Positions 26,046-27,922 of a stretch of DNA of 27,922 nucleotides are shown here, in pieces; position 1 is the stretch's first letter, and each line of letters opens with the position of its first letter. Origin of the DNA: a virus (taxonomy: Duplodnaviria; Caudoviricetes); IMG/VR virus record IMGVR_UViG_3300034357_000152, positions 1 to 27,922 of that record. One strand, 5' to 3'. A program made the position numbers and the translations under genes. The notes below the pieces were generated by a model that searched no databases, was not told the origin of the DNA, and saw only the letters and a program-made list of their open reading frames with translations.

Positions 26046-26536
26046 TCGTAGTTCTGTTCAATTAGTTTATTATAAGTTCTTTCTTGCTCTTGTTCATCTT
26101 TGCAAATAACTTCAATCTTAAACATTGATTTTATTTTATCAGATAAATCTTCCATTTCTTGCTTCTCCACCGTGTCAAACTGCGGTATATCCAAGCCCCA
26201 TGCCTCCAAGTCCACAACCTCCCAATCGTTCGCAAGTGTGTCCCAATCCCATTCGCCAAAGGCGACGTTATCCGCAATAATAAACCGCTTCTTTTCCTCC
26301 TCGGTTAAATCGCTGCTTCGTTTTACCCATGCCTCGTCTATGTCATTAAATCCAAGTTCTTGTAAAACCCTGAGCCTCATGTTTCCACCAAGAACCACGT
26401 TGTTTTCATCAATGACCATAGGGCGAAGCGAAAGCATTTTTGGAAACTCCTTGATACTTTGCTTTAGCTTTTGAAACTTGTCATCCCTGAGAACCCGTGG
26501 GTTGTTTGGGTTTGGTTTTATGTCTTTTAGCTTCAT
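26024..26536 (-). CDS. ParB/Srx N-terminal domain protein
   Basis: IKPNPNNPR, LKQSIKEF, RPMVIDENNVVLGGNMRL, IADN..GEWD; C-terminal IEVICKDEQEQ module overlapping the ATPase start by 22 nt. Confidence 0.88.
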   Translation of the reverse strand: MKLKDIKPNPNNPRVLRDDKFQKLKQSIKEFPKMLSLRPMVIDENNVVLGGNMRLRVLQELGFNDIDEAWVKRSSDLTEEEKKRFIIADNVAFGEWDWDTLANDWEVVDLEAWGLDIPQFDTVEKQEMEDLSDKIKSMFKIEVICKDEQEQERTYNKLIEQNYECRLLTL

Positions 26537-26916
26537 ATTTTCTTCAGCAACTCTTTAATTAATCGCTTGTAAACCTTTGTTTCAATTTTCTTTTCCAACC
26601 GTCTTTGTGCGTTGATTGCAGCCGCCCTTTCTTTCCAACGTCTTTCGGCTTCTGGATCCCAATAAGCGCCTGAGGATTGTTCCTGATTAGCGTTAAACTC
26701 GGCGTTTGATTTATACAAATCTTTTGACGTGTTTTCTTTTTCGTTTGGGTCAAACGATAAATTATTATTTTCTTCTGCTGTTACCATAATGTTATTTGGA
26801 TTATACGCCGTTACTTCAATGGTTTTAAATGTTAAGTCCACAACCTGAGCCGTCGGAGCAATTCCAGGAATTAATTTAAATTCATATAATGATTTTTCGT
26901 TTACATTTCCCATCAT
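26533..26916 (-). CDS. Hypothetical protein
   Basis: 127 aa with ATGA overlaps on both sides; basic helical C-terminus. Confidence 0.65.
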   Translation of the reverse strand: MMGNVNEKSLYEFKLIPGIAPTAQVVDLTFKTIEVTAYNPNNIMVTAEENNNLSFDPNEKENTSKDLYKSNAEFNANQEQSSGAYWDPEAERRWKERAAAINAQRRLEKKIETKVYKRLIKELLKKI

Positions 26917-27917
26917 ATTCCTTTTAACACTTGTTTACGTTTGTTGTTGACGGTGAGCAAATTTCGCTCAGTCAAAAGCCATTTCCTGCCTGCCTGCAAA
27001 TGATTAAAATAATTCCCATCCTTTTCCAAAGCCTTTTCAAATTGATAATACAAATCGTCTGAACCCTCGTACAACCGAACGCCTGGAACATTGAACTCCG
27101 TTATTTCCTTCGGTGCATAAGGCACGCAACCTGTGACAAGCATTTCCATAGCAAAGTTATTCGACTTACTTTGATTGAAATTGTCATTTGTCAACGGAAA
27201 CACGGCGTAATGAGCCGCACTGTTTTTGATTAACTCGAAATATTGAAATAAGGAATTGTTCCACGGTATGACCTTGACATTCGGATACAATGTTTTTCCC
27301 AACCACTCAGGGATTCCAATGAATGCCACCTCGGTGTCCTTGCGGCTGCTGACATAATGCCAAAACGTATCCACAGTTTTCAAGTCCTCAATGTGCGTCA
27401 TGCTTCCACGCCACAACACGCGTTTTACTTTTGCCTCCAGCTTATCAGGTGACACGGGACAAAGGGGCGTTACTTGGAAGTCAATGGCATTGGGAATAAC
27501 CATTATTTTACTTTCGTCAAAGAATTGCTTGTAAAACTCTTTGAGGTATGGCGTTGAAACGATGATATAATCAGCGTACTTGAAAGCCTTTTCAACCGAT
27601 TCTTTTACCTGAGGTTTCCCGAAGTGTGCCGACGCTGGATTCGCGGCGTTAACCTCATGCAAAAGATCGTCATGGTCAAGGATGATTTTCTTACCCATCT
27701 TCTTCGCCTCAGCAATCATTGATAACATGCCGTCACCGTTTGGGCGTTGAAATAAGATAACATCAACGTCGTAAAAATCGTACCACTTTACCGTCTCAGG
27801 ATTGAGGTAAGTAATATGAAGATTTACCATTTGAGAACGAAGCCGCATAAATGGATTGACCGACCGATAATAATCAGTCGTTGGGCTGGTTAAATTGGTT
27901 ACAATGCCTAGCCTCAT
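26913..27917 (-). CDS. GT-B fold glycosyltransferase
   Basis: YYRS..PF, LFQRP, DHDDLL, ADYIIVSTPYLK, VIPNAID, WRGS.TH.EDL and PL..DNFNQSKSN...E are typical of phage GT-B enzymes. Confidence 0.82.
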   Translation of the reverse strand: MRLGIVTNLTSPTTDYYRSVNPFMRLRSQMVNLHITYLNPETVKWYDFYDVDVILFQRPNGDGMLSMIAEAKKMGKKIILDHDDLLHEVNAANPASAHFGKPQVKESVEKAFKYADYIIVSTPYLKEFYKQFFDESKIMVIPNAIDFQVTPLCPVSPDKLEAKVKRVLWRGSMTHIEDLKTVDTFWHYVSSRKDTEVAFIGIPEWLGKTLYPNVKVIPWNNSLFQYFELIKNSAAHYAVFPLTNDNFNQSKSNNFAMEMLVTGCVPYAPKEITEFNVPGVRLYEGSDDLYYQFEKALEKDGNYFNHLQAGRKWLLTERNLLTVNNKRKQVLKGI

Positions 27918-27922
27918 TTATT

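Noticed and set aside
26024-26536. ParABS partition system
   Set aside because: No ParA, no HTH domain in the ParB-like protein and no parS-like repeats noticed.
1123-26753. Many + strand and alternate-frame ORFs of 60-180 aa in the ORF track (e.g. 12734-13165, 18538-19086, 20268-20661, 26100-26474)
   Set aside because: They lie inside well-supported - strand genes, have no recognisable motifs, and read as antisense or out-of-frame shadows.
1-27922. Alternative genetic code or introns/inteins
   Set aside because: Core genes (terL, portal, capsid, tape measure) are full length and uninterrupted in the standard code.

Overview
Segment of a tailed dsDNA phage (siphovirus-type; host probably Bacteroidota, inferred from A-rich starts without Shine-Dalgarno sequences, Gln after predicted signal peptides and VGIG..P..KLDVNG fibre motifs). 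Positions 1-927 hold the end of a + strand operon, closed by an intrinsic terminator. Positions 992-27917 form one long - strand packaging, morphogenesis and lysis region, in this order: GT-B glycosyltransferase, hypothetical, ParB-like protein, ABC ATPase/GNAT, terS, small membrane protein, terL, an MTxxEKA paralogue array, a tail-chaperone-like G/GT pair, a tail-terminator/repeat/LamG fusion with two partners, neck and tail-tip proteins, tape measure, Zn and HTH proteins, Clp prohead protease, decoration protein, major capsid, tail tube, portal, adaptor, fibre, secreted protein, holin, hypothetical, amidase. Four observations stand out. (1) Two -1 frame transitions at 9-nt homopolymers: A9 joins the ABC ATPase to a Mom-like GNAT inside a candidate packaging-coupled modification cluster, and T9 lies in a chaperone displaced from its usual position. 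(2) A fibre-like protein and its neighbour both carry apparent Sec signal peptides. (3) A tail-terminator-like domain is fused through a 20-aa-repeat stalk to a carbohydrate-binding-type domain. (4) Three, possibly four, small paralogues lie in tandem after terL. All family assignments come from motif recognition and gene context, not database searches. No integrase, tRNA, CRISPR array or reverse transcriptase was seen.
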